Below, one piece after another: positions 27,181-39,072 of a stretch of 64,000 bases of DNA. The position numbers and the translations under genes are program-made. The notes beneath the pieces were generated by a model. That model searched no databases, was not told the origin of the DNA, and was given only the letters and a program-made list of their open reading frames with translations. The stretch is taken from assembly GCF_000143415.4 (NCBI RefSeq), contig NW_003314320.1:494586-558585 (forward strand), in the 5' to 3' direction. Within the stretch, counting starts at the first letter, position 1, and every line of letters begins with the position of its first letter. The DNA comes from Selaginella moellendorffii (taxonomy: Eukaryota; Plantae; Lycopodiophyta).

Positions 27181-28604
27181 CTATGTCAAATCATCTTCTT
27201 CCAATCCTTCTGCTGCTGCCTCTCCTCCCGCGCCACTAGATTCCGCTAAGTGCGATATATCGCCGACGGGAAGCTGTTTTGCGAGCCGGATGATCTACGC
27301 AAGTACAAAAAGGTAAAGGATCAGTGGAGATTGTAAAGTTTACAGTACCATGTGATCCAAATGGTTTATAACACCGCTCGATTTTACGACGTGCTTCACT
27401 TCCTCTGGGTTTCCTTCCCGGTATGCGTTTAGCAGCTGCTCCGCAAACCTGTTTTGTTCGCTTTGGAAATATGCATCTATCCTGCAAAACGAGGAGATTC
27501 GAGCGGTTGGTTCCTTCCCGAGAATCGTCACTGTACTTACATGGATAGATCATTTTGACATTGCTCGGCCTGCTTGAAGTCTTGAGCGTACAAGTAGACG
27601 ATAACAGCACCCACGCATGTCTAAAAACACAAAGGCTGAATCTAAGAAATCAAGAAAGGCAAACATACCTTGCATTGCGTAGATGTCGCTTTGCATTTAT
27701 CAGCGGATTGACCCCATCTTAGCAACATGGTTGCAGCATCTGTATACCTGAGATTGCAAGCCTTTGGTTCAGGAAAACTAGGCCACACAGTGATCATACC
27801 TCTGCAGCTTTATGTACAAACTTGTTGCAGAACGATATGTATCAAACGCCATTTGCTCTCGTTGCTCCTCCTCAAAAATCCCAACCGCTTCAAGGTACAT
27901 CTTCACGGCTTCGTCAGGCAAGCCATCCTCCAAAGCTCTGGAATTACCGATCCAAAAACTATTAAGAACCAGCATTTTAGAGTTTGATGTGAGTACCTTC
28001 CACCCCTCGAGAGTGCTTCCGCTGCCGGCTGAGGCTTTCCAGATTCTATGTAGAGCTCACTCGCTCTTCTGAAAAAGTCCGCCACCTCGTTCCATAATCC
28101 AAGCTCTTTTGCGAGGGCTCCAGCGCTTTCCATATGCTTTCCCGCGTGCCAAGGCCTTTCCGAGTTTTCTAAGCGTCAAGGATGACAAAGGGATATCATA
28201 GAAGAAAAAGAACTCTCGAGGAGTAAGTTTTTCGGATACGAAGCAAGACGCTCTTGTCCCATTGCTGCTCTCTCATGCGCTTCCTTGGCCTTCTCAGTCT
28301 TCTTGGCAATCTTGAACAGATTCGCTACCAGCAAGAGGAAGAAGAATTAAACATAGATCACAAAAATGTGGGTAAGAAGCTCTAGTTCTCTAGCTATGGT
28401 CTCACCAGCTTGTTCGTAATACGGGGTCGCTCGAGCCCAATCCGATGTCCATCTCGTCAAGCTCAGCTTCGTCCTGCCGATCAAGCACGAGAACTTTTAG
28501 GTCCGGGAATCGCTCGAGGAACAATGAAGCACTCACAGCTTGTCGCCCTTGCGCATCATCCTGTCCGGATCATTCTCCTTATCGCGGTGCTTGATGTCTC
28601 CCAT
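27181..28604 (-). CDS. gamma-SNAP: Gamma-soluble NSF attachment protein
   Basis: TKLSLTRWTSDW, PWHAGKHMESAG, ASELYIESGKPQPAAEAL, acidic C-terminus LEEDDLT*. Confidence 0.9.
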
Positions 28605-28789
28605 GGCCGCAAGATCGAAATCCCCGCAAGAGAGCTTCCAATCACGCCGAGTAGAGCGCCGATCCGTGACGCATTCTAGCGCGAGCAAGAAGCAAGCCCT
28701 AGGCGGAGAAGAAAGAGATTTTAGGTCATACCAAAAGAGAAGAAGGCGCTTCTGGGATCGCCGCGCCTCCGCCTGGATCGTCTAGATCG

Positions 28790-31700
28790 ATGCAAGAATC
28801 GGCACTGTCGAAGCTCCAGCAGCGCTCGGGTGTGATCGCTCTCAACAAGATCGCCGCAGCGTATGCCCACGCTGGGCATCTGGCCGACTCGATCGAATCC
28901 CTGGAGAGAATGCGCGAGGAGGGCCTGGCGCCTGAAAGGGGCACATTCCTGGCGCTGCTGGGCCTGTGTGCTAAGAAATCCGCAATCGCCGAAGGGAGAT
29001 TCGTCCATTCCAGGGTCGAGGCGAGCGAATTTCGTCGCGACGATCTCGTCCAGAACGCCACGATCCACATGTATGGCAAATGCGGCTGTGTGGAGGATGC
29101 GGTGTCTGTGTTCCAGAGCTTGGATCATCCCTCACAGGTATCGTGGAATTCTCTTCTCGCTGCTTTCGCTAGAGATGGCCAGTTCCAGCAGGCTTTCCAA
29201 ATTTTCCAGAGGATGAAGCTCCAGGGGCTAGCTCCGGACAGGATCACGTTCGTCACGGTGCTGGATGGATGCAGTGCCATTGGCGATCTCTCTCGAGGTA
29301 AGCTTCTTCACGGCTTTGTTCTTGAGGCTGGGCTTGAGAGGAATGTGATGGTTGGAACTTCTTTGATAAAAATGTATGGAAAATGTGGTTGTGTGGAGGA
29401 TGCTAGAAGAGTCTTTGACAAGCTTGCACTGCAGGACGTTGTCTCGTGGACCTCGATGATCATGACTTACGTCCAGCATGATCGGTGTGTGGAAGCTCTC
29501 GAGCTCTTCCATCGAATGAGACCATCAGGAGTTCTTCCCAACAGGATCACGTATGCTACAGCCATCAGCGCTTGCGCTCACGTCGAGTCTATGGCCGATG
29601 GTAAGCTCATTCACTCGCAGGTTTTGGAAGATGGTTTTGAGTCGGATGTTGTTGTCAGCTGTGCGATCGTCAACATGTATGGGAAGTGCGGAAGTCTCGA
29701 GGATGCTCGAGAGGTTTTCGAGAGAATGCCTCATCCCAACACGGTCTCCTGGAACGCCATTGTAGCAGCTTGCACGCAGCATGGTTGTTGTGTGGAGGCA
29801 CTTTGGTACTTCCAACGCATGCAGCTTCAAGGTGTCAGGCCAGATAAGATTGCCTTCGTTACCATCTTGACTGCCTGTTCTGATTCTCTTCTCTTACACG
29901 CAGCCAGGGCCATCCACGCTCAGATTTTTGAAACGGGACTTGATCGAGGTGACGATGCTGTAATCACCGCTTTGCTCAACGTTTACTCCAAGTGTGGGAG
30001 CTTAGAGGACACACGCTTCACGTTTGAAAGGATTGGAGACTGGAAGACTGTGAACTCGTACACGAGGATGGTCGGGGTTTATGTCCAGCATGGATTCTGG
30101 GAGGAAGCTTTCAAGCTCTTCCGAGAGATGCAGCTGGAGGGGATTACTCCGGACAAGGTCACCTTCATCACTATCCTCAACGCTTGCTCCAGTCCGGCTA
30201 CTCTAACTTTCGGCGAGCTTCTTCACGAGTGCATTCTTCAGTGTGGCTACGACACGCACTTGATCGTCGGCAACTGCATCATGACGATGTATAGCAGCTG
30301 TGGGAGAATCGACAATGCAGCAGCATTTTTCAGCACCATGGTCGAAAGGGACGCTATCTCCTGGAACACCATTATATCAGGACATGCACAGGCTGGTTTT
30401 TGCGACGAGGCAGTCCACCTTTTCAGAAGGATGCTGGCCGAAGGGATCACTCCTGACAAGTTCACGTTCATCAGCATCATTGACGGGACTGCTCGGATGC
30501 AAGAAGCCAAAATTTTAAGCGAGCTGATGGTCGAAAGTGGAGTGGAGCTGGACGTGTTTCTCGTCTCAGCTCTCATCAACATGCACAGCAGATATGGCAA
30601 CGTTCGAGAAGCTCGTTCACTCTTCGACGACATGAAAGACAGGGACATAGTTATGTGGACTTCGATAATCTCGTCCTACGTCCAGCATGGGAGCAGCGAC
30701 GACGCTCTCGGTTGCACACGACTTATGAGACTCGAGGGGCTCATGGGGAACGATTTTACGCTGGTCACAGCTCTCAACGCTTGCGCCAGCTTGACAGCAC
30801 TATCAGAAGGCAAGCTTATCCATGCTCACGCGATCGAGCGGGGCTTCGCGGCGAGCCCGGCAGTCGGGAACGCTCTTATCAACATGTACGCGAAGTGTGG
30901 CTGCCTCGAAGAAGCAGACCGGGTTTTCCACCAGTGCGGCAAAAATCTGGTTTCCTGGAACACCATCGCTGCTGCTTACGTTCAACGCGACAAGTGGAGA
31001 GAAGCTCTCCAGTTATTCCAAGAGATGCAGCTCGAGGGCCTGAAAGCAGACAAGGTAAGCTTCGTGACAGTTCTCAACGGGTGTTCGAGTGCCAGCGAAG
31101 GAAGAAAGATCCACAACATTCTGTTAGAGACAGGGATGGAGTCGGATCACATCGTCAGCACGGCACTATTAAACATGTACACGGCAAGCAAGAGCCTGGA
31201 CGAGGCAAGCAGGATTTTCAGCAGGATGGAGTTTCGAGACATCGTCTCCTGGAACGCGATGATAGCAGGGAAAGCCGAGCACGGGCTGAGCAGGGAAGCC
31301 ATCCAGATGTTCCAGAGAATGCAGCTGGAAGGCGTGGCGCCGGACAAGATCAGCTTCGTCACGGTGCTCAACGCCTTCTCCGGATCGTCGCCGTCCTCGC
31401 TCAAGCAAGCCAGGCTGGTGGAGAAACTTATCAGCGATCAAGGATACGAGACAGACACCATCGTCGGCAACGCGATCGTGAGCATGTTTGGCCGCTCGGG
31501 AAGGCTGGCCGAGGCAAGGCGAGCTTTCGAGAGGATCCGCGAGCGAGACGCTGCGTCGTGGAACGTGATCGTCACAGCCCACGCTCAGCACGGCGAAGTC
31601 GAGCAGGCTCTCAAGCTCTTCCGGAGAATGCAGCAAGAGAGCTCCAGGCCGGACAGCATCACGCTCGTCAGCGTTCTCTCGGCGTGCAGCCATGGTGGCC

Positions 31701-31993
31701 TGATCGAGGAAGGCTACCACCACTTCACGTCCATGGGCAGAGAGTTTGGGATCGCTGGCAGCCAGGAACACTACGGCTGCGTCGTGGATCTGCTCGCGCG
31801 AGCCGGGAGGCTTGATCAAGCGGAAGAACTCCTGCGAAAGATGCCAGTCCCGGCGAGCTACGTGCTGTGGATGACGCTCCTCAGCGCTTGCAAGGTCCAG
31901 GGCGATGAGAAGAGGGCCAAGAGAGTGGGGGAGAGGGTCATGGAGCTGGATCCTCGCCGCCCGGCCGCCTACGTTGTCCTCTCCAGCGTTTGA
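28790..31993 (+). CDS. PLS-class pentatricopeptide repeat protein with short E domain, no DYW; intronless
   Basis: 1067-aa ORF of repeated MYGKCG..DA..VF / VSWN / PD.ITF motifs; ends LSACSHGG..HYGCVVDLLARAG..AAYVVLSSV*. Confidence 0.95.
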   Translation: MQESALSKLQQRSGVIALNKIAAAYAHAGHLADSIESLERMREEGLAPERGTFLALLGLCAKKSAIAEGRFVHSRVEASEFRRDDLVQNATIHMYGKCGCVEDAVSVFQSLDHPSQVSWNSLLAAFARDGQFQQAFQIFQRMKLQGLAPDRITFVTVLDGCSAIGDLSRGKLLHGFVLEAGLERNVMVGTSLIKMYGKCGCVEDARRVFDKLALQDVVSWTSMIMTYVQHDRCVEALELFHRMRPSGVLPNRITYATAISACAHVESMADGKLIHSQVLEDGFESDVVVSCAIVNMYGKCGSLEDAREVFERMPHPNTVSWNAIVAACTQHGCCVEALWYFQRMQLQGVRPDKIAFVTILTACSDSLLLHAARAIHAQIFETGLDRGDDAVITALLNVYSKCGSLEDTRFTFERIGDWKTVNSYTRMVGVYVQHGFWEEAFKLFREMQLEGITPDKVTFITILNACSSPATLTFGELLHECILQCGYDTHLIVGNCIMTMYSSCGRIDNAAAFFSTMVERDAISWNTIISGHAQAGFCDEAVHLFRRMLAEGITPDKFTFISIIDGTARMQEAKILSELMVESGVELDVFLVSALINMHSRYGNVREARSLFDDMKDRDIVMWTSIISSYVQHGSSDDALGCTRLMRLEGLMGNDFTLVTALNACASLTALSEGKLIHAHAIERGFAASPAVGNALINMYAKCGCLEEADRVFHQCGKNLVSWNTIAAAYVQRDKWREALQLFQEMQLEGLKADKVSFVTVLNGCSSASEGRKIHNILLETGMESDHIVSTALLNMYTASKSLDEASRIFSRMEFRDIVSWNAMIAGKAEHGLSREAIQMFQRMQLEGVAPDKISFVTVLNAFSGSSPSSLKQARLVEKLISDQGYETDTIVGNAIVSMFGRSGRLAEARRAFERIRERDAASWNVIVTAHAQHGEVEQALKLFRRMQQESSRPDSITLVSVLSACSHGGLIEEGYHHFTSMGREFGIAGSQEHYGCVVDLLARAGRLDQAEELLRKMPVPASYVLWMTLLSACKVQGDEKRAKRVGERVMELDPRRPAAYVVLSSV

Positions 31994-32128
31994 TCGTCTG
32001 CGGTGACGTGGCTGACACGTCGGCTAAGAAGTCCAGGTGGCGAGGTGAGCTGGCCACCTAGCGGTCAGCATTGGAGGCTTTGCGGGAGCAAATACGAGCG
32101 CCTAGGTTTGGAGGAGGCAGGAGGAGCT

Positions 32129-33883
32129 ATGGCGGCAGCGCTAGCGCCCGCGGCATTGATCCGAGGAGCTGCCACCACGGCGAGCGATGGCCCATTCGCG
32201 GCGGCGACGTCGTCGTCCTCCTCGGCTTTGTTTGCCGCGAGATCGTCGTCTTCCAGGTTCGCGCAATTCGCACTGCGGTGCTCCTCCGCCGCGGGGATTG
32301 GCTGTGGCCGGAGGGCTGTGCTCAAGGTAGCAGCTGCACAGGTGCTCCAAGATGTGCATTTGAGCGAGGAGGCGAGAATGGAGGTCGTGGATGTGGATTT
32401 GAGCGATCGCACCTACCCAATCTACATCGGATCTGGTCTTCTAGACAAGCCAGAGCTTCTCCAGAAGTACGTGAATTCTCTGTTCTCTCTTTCCAGTTCT
32501 CTCAGAAAAACCGATCTTTCTCTACAGACATGTGAAAGGAAAGAATGTGTTGGTGGTGACGAACACGACCGTGGCACCATTGTACCTGGAGAAAGTAGTC
32601 GGGCTTCTCAAGGCAAATGGTTCCAAGATAAATGTGGAGAGCGTTATCCTGCCGGATGGTGAGAAGTATAAGGACATGGTGCGTGGTGTGGTTTGCTCTT
32701 TCTCGTTGTTTACCTTCCTTTCCTTCTCTTTCCAGGGAACTTTGATGAAAGTTTTTGACAAAGCGGTGGAAACCAGAATGGATCGAAGGTGTACGTTCGT
32801 GGCACTGGGAGGAGGAGTGATTGGAGATATGTGTGGGTTTGCTGCTGCGGCTTTTCTCCGCGGTGTGAATTTTATTCAGATTCCAACGACGCTCATGGCT
32901 CAGGTAACTTGCTTTCTAGAACCTAGTTTGTGGAAATTCACAAGATTTTTCTTTCCCAGGTTGATTCGTCAGTCGGAGGGAAGACCGGTGTAAATCATCC
33001 GCTTGGCAAAAATCTCATTGGTGCATTTTACCAGCCTCAGTGCGTGGTTATCGACACGGATACTCTTAGCACGCTTCCAGAGAGAGAGCTCTGTTCTGGA
33101 ATTGCCGAAGTCGTCAAATATGGTTTGATCAGAGACGCGAAGTTTTTCGAGTGGCAAGAGGAAAACATGGACAAGCTGTTGGCCAGGTGACTTTGTTCTC
33201 GATTGGCTCGCTCGTTTGTGAAATTCAAATCATCAGGGACCCGGATGCTCTTGCTTATGCCATCAAGCGTTCTTGTGAGAACAAGGCAGAGGTTGTATCG
33301 CTTGACGAGAAGGAAGCCGGTTTGAGAGCTACATTAAATCTTGGGCATACGTTTGGACATGTAAGCTATCTCTCCCTCGTTTTCTTTTCCTTTCCTTTCG
33401 ATGCTTAGCTTTTTCTTGCAGGCTATAGAAACAGGAATTGGCTACGGTGGTTGGCTGCACGGAGAAGCCGTAGCTGCTGGCACGGTAATTCCCAAACTTC
33501 GACTTATTGCCTCATCATTCATATGTTTATCTTCGCAGGTAATGGCTGCGGATCTCTCATTCCGTCTGGGATGGATAGACGCTTCTCTTCAGTCTCGGAT
33601 CCTAAACTTGCTAAAGCGTGCGAAAGTTCCAGTGGCACCCCCCAGCACAATGACAATCGAAAAGTTTCAAAACATAATGGCGGTATGCAGCTTCGTTTTT
33701 CTAGAGCACAGCGTTTTTCACCAAGAAGCTTGGTTTTGTTTCTTCGTACAGGTAGACAAGAAGGTTGTGGACGGCGATTTGAGACTCATACTACTCAAAG
33801 GCGAGCTTGGAAATTGCGTGTTTACTTCGGCATACGATACCAAAGCTCTTGAAGAAACACTGCATTCCTTTTGTCCCTCATAG
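32129..33883 (+). CDS. DHQS: 3-dehydroquinate synthase, plastid-targeted
   Basis: Ser/Ala-rich transit peptide, [63 protein letters not shown]. Confidence 0.96.
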
Positions 33884-33999
33884 ATTACTTCGAAGGGCCA
33901 CCCATGGTATCTTTGTTATAGCGATGGTTTTTAAAATGTTTTCCACCGTTAAACAAAAGTTCTCAACTTGTCCTATGTTGAGGTTGTACATACTCGCGC

Positions 34000-35520
34000 G
34001 CTGAGCTCCGGGGGTTTCATCCTCTGGCAAACGCCCTTCCTCGATGAGATTCTGGATCAGTTCACGCTTGGCAGCCTTCCGGCTCGACAGCTCAGTGCCT
34101 GCTCGATCAATCTGGAGTGGACAAGATCAGTTGGAATGCAAGCTGACACAAAGAGATCTTACGCGCTGCGCTGCACAGGTGTTTCTGTGCGATCACGATC
34201 GACGAACGCGTCCTCCACTCGATAGCTCAGCCAAATATACATATCAAGAACCTGGAGCGAGTTATAACAGGTTGCAAAGCCAGACAAGCGAACCTTGTGT
34301 AGGGAGTCCAGTTCCGCTAGATCCTTTTGTGTGCTTGGGACTCGCATTGTTGCAGGTGTTAGAAGCCTCTTCAGTGGGACATTCCTATTGACCGCATAGT
34401 TCCTAGCAAACTATGGAAAAGATAAAAACAATGCGAGAAAGCAAACATACGATATTGTGGAACAACCATACCTCGAGTAAAGCTCCCATTATTATACCGT
34501 TATCTTTATCCACGGGGCTGCACAAGCGCATTGAGTTGAAGCCAGCAAAAACGACGAGTGTTACCATGTACAGAAAAGGAAACGGGAGTCCATGGGCAGT
34601 GGAATGTCGTCAAGCATCCTCGCTATCGCCAAAAGATTTGTAGAGTCACACAGAAAGAACATTGAAGACACAGCACAGTAACTGTAGCAATGAACTTTTC
34701 CTGCAAAGGTGTACAAGTTAGAAAGCGAATCAAGCGCAAAACATGAGCACACCAGTATAGCCGAAAATGGGAAGTTCGGATAAAAGCTACAGTACAGGCC
34801 TATTTGATCAAAAGTTGGAAAACTCCTGCAGCCTGAAAGAAAAGAAAAAGAAGACAGGAAATATAAGAAATCCAACTGCTAGCTCATTACCAATACAGCA
34901 GGTGTTGGTGTTGCAAGTGCTCGATGGAGATGAGCTATATCAGAGCCTTTGAGACATGCTACCTCACCTACAGGATATTTGGACTTGAATCTTCCAGTTC
35001 GGCCTGTCACACAAGTGATAGGAGTGAAGTCGTTTAAAACGTGAGACCATCCATACCTGCAATTTGCTTCACTTGCATGACACTGAGGTAGCAGCGAGCG
35101 ATGCCATCGAACTTGTCCAGCTTCGTGAAGATGATGCTGGATATTAAGATTTAGACCCATCCCGATCGCGTCGCTGGCGACAAGTATGCTAAAGTCCTCG
35201 TCGGCCTTGTTGAATCGTTCAGCCTGCACACTGAAAGCCGAGAAATAAAGAACCGTTTTTCAATCACAGAGCCTAAAAAAAAAGGAAAGAAAGAACTCGT
35301 ATAAATGCCTGATAGCATTACCTGTTTGGTGCGAGTCTCTGGAGGAAGAGATCCATACACGACCGAGCAGTTGATTGCCGGATGCAATTTCTCAATGTCT
35401 CGCTGAAATGAACGACAAAACGTTTATCTTCTTACAAACCAATGGTGTGTATCTCATCACGCGAGAAGCTTACAATGCAATCTCCGCCCCGAATACGTCT
35501 AATATCACGTAGAGGTTCAT
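34000..35520 (-). pseudogene. SUV3: SUV3-like DExH RNA helicase, C-terminal half only
   Basis: GDCIV.FSR, CSVVYGSLPPETRTKQAERFN, ILVASDAIGMGLNLNI, KQIAGRTGRF, VLDMYIWLSYR; frameshift after LNLNI; N-terminal half absent. Confidence 0.8.
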
Positions 35521-35576
35521 TATCGTTCAAGAAGCTCGAACTTTAGAGAGGAAACTACGAACACTCGTGCAAAGCT

Positions 35577-36719
35577 CTAATAATCACGTGGTAAATCGGG
35601 CAAATGTGACAAAATGTTGCGAGACAAGGCTTCCCCACCGTCAGGAATATAGAAGTAAGCTCCCGCATCGATTGGCGCAGTATCAGAGCCCTGTACCAGC
35701 TTGTTAAAGAACGAGTCCACCACCGAATACTCGAACACATCTCTGTCTCCAGTTATCCAAAAGAGGTCATAGTCATCAGACACCACCTCGGCCAACTCAG
35801 GGCTCAGGATATTGGCTGCATCCAGCCGCGTCGGAAGCTCCACCACCTTTCCCTCATCAACCAGTAGCTCATACAGTCTTGGAGTATCGAATCCCCTGCC
35901 CTCTCGTAGCTCTTCCTCCTGGTCAAACACCTTAAGGCCGTACATGAGGGTCTTGCCTCGCCGTTCCACCACCTTTTTTTCTGTCCCAAACTCGAATTTG
36001 CGGGCAGATTCACGGCTCAGGTGCATCTTGTCCCATACTCCACCCGATTCTATAAGCACCAATCCCTCGCAATAGCTGGCAGGGGCGATGAGAAGCCCTA
36101 ATCCACGACCGTGGGCGAGCTGCCAGCGGCAGCATTGGTTCCATAACTTGGAGACGCTGCAGTAGCGTGCCAGATCCCGCCGACCCAGATTTGTGACGAT
36201 CAAAGCTACCAGCTCTTCGCAGCACAATGCCTTCCGTTTAAACCCAAAATGTTTCGAGTTGCTGAGATTCTGGATCAGTTCACGCTTGAGCGGTTTAAAA
36301 GGACACAGGTCAAGAAAGGTCAGGTTTCGTGGTTTCTTCGTGCAGCATTGTCTTGAGGGATGCCTATTCCGGGAAATGTTGCGATCATAGTAGTCTAAGA
36401 GCTTGTGCAGAGTGTTTCCCAGGCCACTGAATTCATCTCCGTGGAGCCGCTCGACAGAGAAAGGGGGACGCAATGCTCGCGAGGGCGATTTTATCGGGCC
36501 GCCATCTTCCAAACCTCTGCCAAGAGCCACTATGTTTACTTGAGGAGATGTCGATCTCAAAGAAGAGCGTCTCCAGCCGTGCTTGCTCGGGAGCGAGGTC
36601 CGAAACCAGCTCGTGAGCAATGACTTCCACGATTTGGACAATGGAGTGCATTTCCGTACCGCTAGATACTTGTCTTTCACGTAGACCATGGCTATGGCGC
36701 GTGCGCTGTGGGGCGCCAT
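35577..36719 (-). CDS. Chimeric, internally deleted F-box gene (possibly pseudogene)
   Basis: EELVALIVTNL..DLARYCSVSKLW F-box preceded by ~165 unrelated residues; lacks two blocks present in the 39073 paralogue. Confidence 0.6.
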   Translation of the reverse strand: MAPHSARAIAMVYVKDKYLAVRKCTPLSKSWKSLLTSWFRTSLPSKHGWRRSSLRSTSPQVNIVALGRGLEDGGPIKSPSRALRPPFSVERLHGDEFSGLGNTLHKLLDYYDRNISRNRHPSRQCCTKKPRNLTFLDLCPFKPLKRELIQNLSNSKHFGFKRKALCCEELVALIVTNLGRRDLARYCSVSKLWNQCCRWQLAHGRGLGLLIAPASYCEGLVLIESGGVWDKMHLSRESARKFEFGTEKKVVERRGKTLMYGLKVFDQEEELREGRGFDTPRLYELLVDEGKVVELPTRLDAANILSPELAEVVSDDYDLFWITGDRDVFEYSVVDSFFNKLVQGSDTAPIDAGAYFYIPDGGEALSRNILSHLPDLPRDY

Positions 36720-36979
36720 GGATTTTCGAAGGTAAGCAACCCATTTAAATGGCTTTACGATTGCTCCAACACCTCGTAGATCAGACGAGCGTGCAAAGAT
36801 CTAATATTTAGATCCGTTTTGCGGCTACCATGGACTTTCGAGGTAAAATATTTCTCTTCTCTTGAGCTTCCGTTTTCACTGCTCTATAAGATGGTAATAA
36901 GCTCTTCTTCTTGCTTGGCAGATCACAAGCCATCTCGTCATGAAAACCTCAGGAGAAGCAGCATCACTCCTCCCTGGAA

Positions 36980-38600
36980 TACACATTCTTTCATCAGATC
37001 CTCAGGACTCATCTGTGATCTTCGATCTGAAGTCCGCTTGGAAAGAGGCAAAGAGATTCACGCTCGTGCCACTGAGAGTGGCAAACGCCATCATCTATGT
37101 CGCGAACTCTCTGATCGGTGTACGCAAAATGTGGCAGGATGGCCGAAGCTCGCCGTGCCTTCAACACAGCTCCAACCGTTGTTTCATGGAACTCTCTCAT
37201 CCTCGGCTACGCTGACAATGGAGAAGCTTTCCAGGCACTGGAACTTTTCGCAAGAATCGCAAACCTCTCCACGATCTCGCCAGACCGCGCGACGTTTCTG
37301 GCGGCTCTCAAAGCTTGCAGCAAGATAGCAGCGATCGAAAAAACCGATTTTCTTAATCGCGGGAGCTCCAAGTTCGTCAAGATCAAGAGCCTCGGGTGGT
37401 ACACTGTTGATGCGAGCAAGCCGGATGGCACACAGACATGCTCGTCGCCAGCGCTTTGATCGACGTCGACGCGTATGGGAAATCCTGCCGCTCGGATGAT
37501 CTTCGAGAGAATGGAAACTCACGACGTTGTCTCGTGGACTTCCATGATCTCGGGATTAGAACTGTTCCAAGAATTCATGGCGAGCAGCACTAATCGATCC
37601 AGTGCCAGGAGTTTTGTGGGCGCTCAAGTCGTGTTCTGGGCTGGCCGCGAGGGAAGAACGGCGAAGTTTTCTGGAAAGTTGGCGGCGATCAAGATGGTGC
37701 GAGCTATATTTCTCCACAGCGAGGCAGCAAAGAGAGGTTTTGATCTGGACGTGTTCGTCGCGAGCACGCTGGTGGATCTCTACGCAAAGTGTGGAAGCGT
37801 GGATCTAGCTCGAGCGGTGTTTGACAAGCCTGATCATCGCCAATCCAGTTGCCAGGCAGCGATGGCGCTGGATGTCTTCTCGCAGATGACGATGCTGGAT
37901 AGATTTTTGGGACGATCGTCGTGGCCGCCAATGCGTGCACGAGCATGGCTGCCAGCGAGCAATCATCCCGAATCCCCGAATCCATCGATAGCGATGGAGG
38001 TGTTTGTGTGATCAAAGTGGAGACGATCCACGCGAGCGCTCGCGGTCTGAGGATCGATTGTGGCCTCAATACGTACTCCAAGTGTGGAGCACGATCGACG
38101 CGCACAGGATCTTCGCCGGAACGAAGACCCGGCGCCTTGGAACGTTTTGATCCTCGGCTATGGCCAGCCCCAGGAGTCCCTGGCACTGCTCGCGGCGATG
38201 CGGTCATCTCGCTCGATCGTCGCACTGCGACGAATCTGGAAGGAATTCGCAAGCTCCACGCCGAGATCGACCGCGCGAGCCATGAAATGGGGCGAGATCT
38301 CATCGACCCGGTCGTGGCGAGCTGCCTGGTGGATGCGTATGGGCGATGCGGCAGCATGGACGAGGCCGAGAGATTCTTCGCCTCTTCCTCGTCGTCGGGA
38401 GGTCTCATCTCCTGGAGCGCTCTCGTCGTGGGATTTAGCCGCCTATGCGACGCAGAAAGGGCAGGAGATCTGGGCACGTGGGTGGCCGCGTGTGAGGAGC
38501 TCCTCAATGTCCAAGAGAAAGAACGTGCTCCTCGGCATGGCCGCCGTTTACCACGATTGACTAACCTTGACCATCTGGACAAACAGATTGCTTCCTATCG
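36980..38600 (+). pseudogene. Degraded PLS-PPR gene
   Basis: YAKCGRMAEARRAF..VVSWNSLILGYA, VASTLVDLYAKCGS, LVDAYGRCGSMDEA motifs spread over several frames. Confidence 0.85.
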
Positions 38601-38629
38601 AAGAAAAACCATGCTCGACACCATGTGAC

Positions 38630-38790
38630 ATTTCCTCAGTATATCTCGTCGAAAACTTTCTTTATGCCCGCTCTGGGCATATGCTCCGGCCAAGATGTTC
38701 CACGAGAAAACGTTTGGATTCGCAATCCCTCGAAACACCAATCTCTCTGCGCGATGATCTCCTGGCGGCAGCTCTACCGTAAAATATTCT
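38630..38790 (-). pseudogene. PPR fragment, opposite orientation
   Basis: VFRGIANPNVFSWNILAGAYAQSGH. Confidence 0.6.
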
Positions 38791-39072
38791 CGTTTTTGCT
38801 GACCTGGACTTTCGCTGACATGTTGTGTGCTCACAAATAAATCACATCAATTGTTAGCCGCTACAAATCTGTTGGACTTGGTAACCATGGATGCAGGTCT
38901 CTCATCTGCAAAAGAAATTCGACGTCTAGCACCTCCCACTTCACAACCCCATCACAGTAAATCACACTTGGCTTGATGAACTCCAAGTAAAGAACCGTCA
39001 CCTTCTTGGGAAGTGTATTTCCACGAATGAGAAAATGAACTGCACCTCCGGGTGACACTACGACACAATGCT

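Noticed and set aside
30655-31815. 386-aa alternative-frame ORF and antisense ORFs within PPR and other genes
   Set aside because: Shadow ORFs of GC-rich coding sequence with no motifs.
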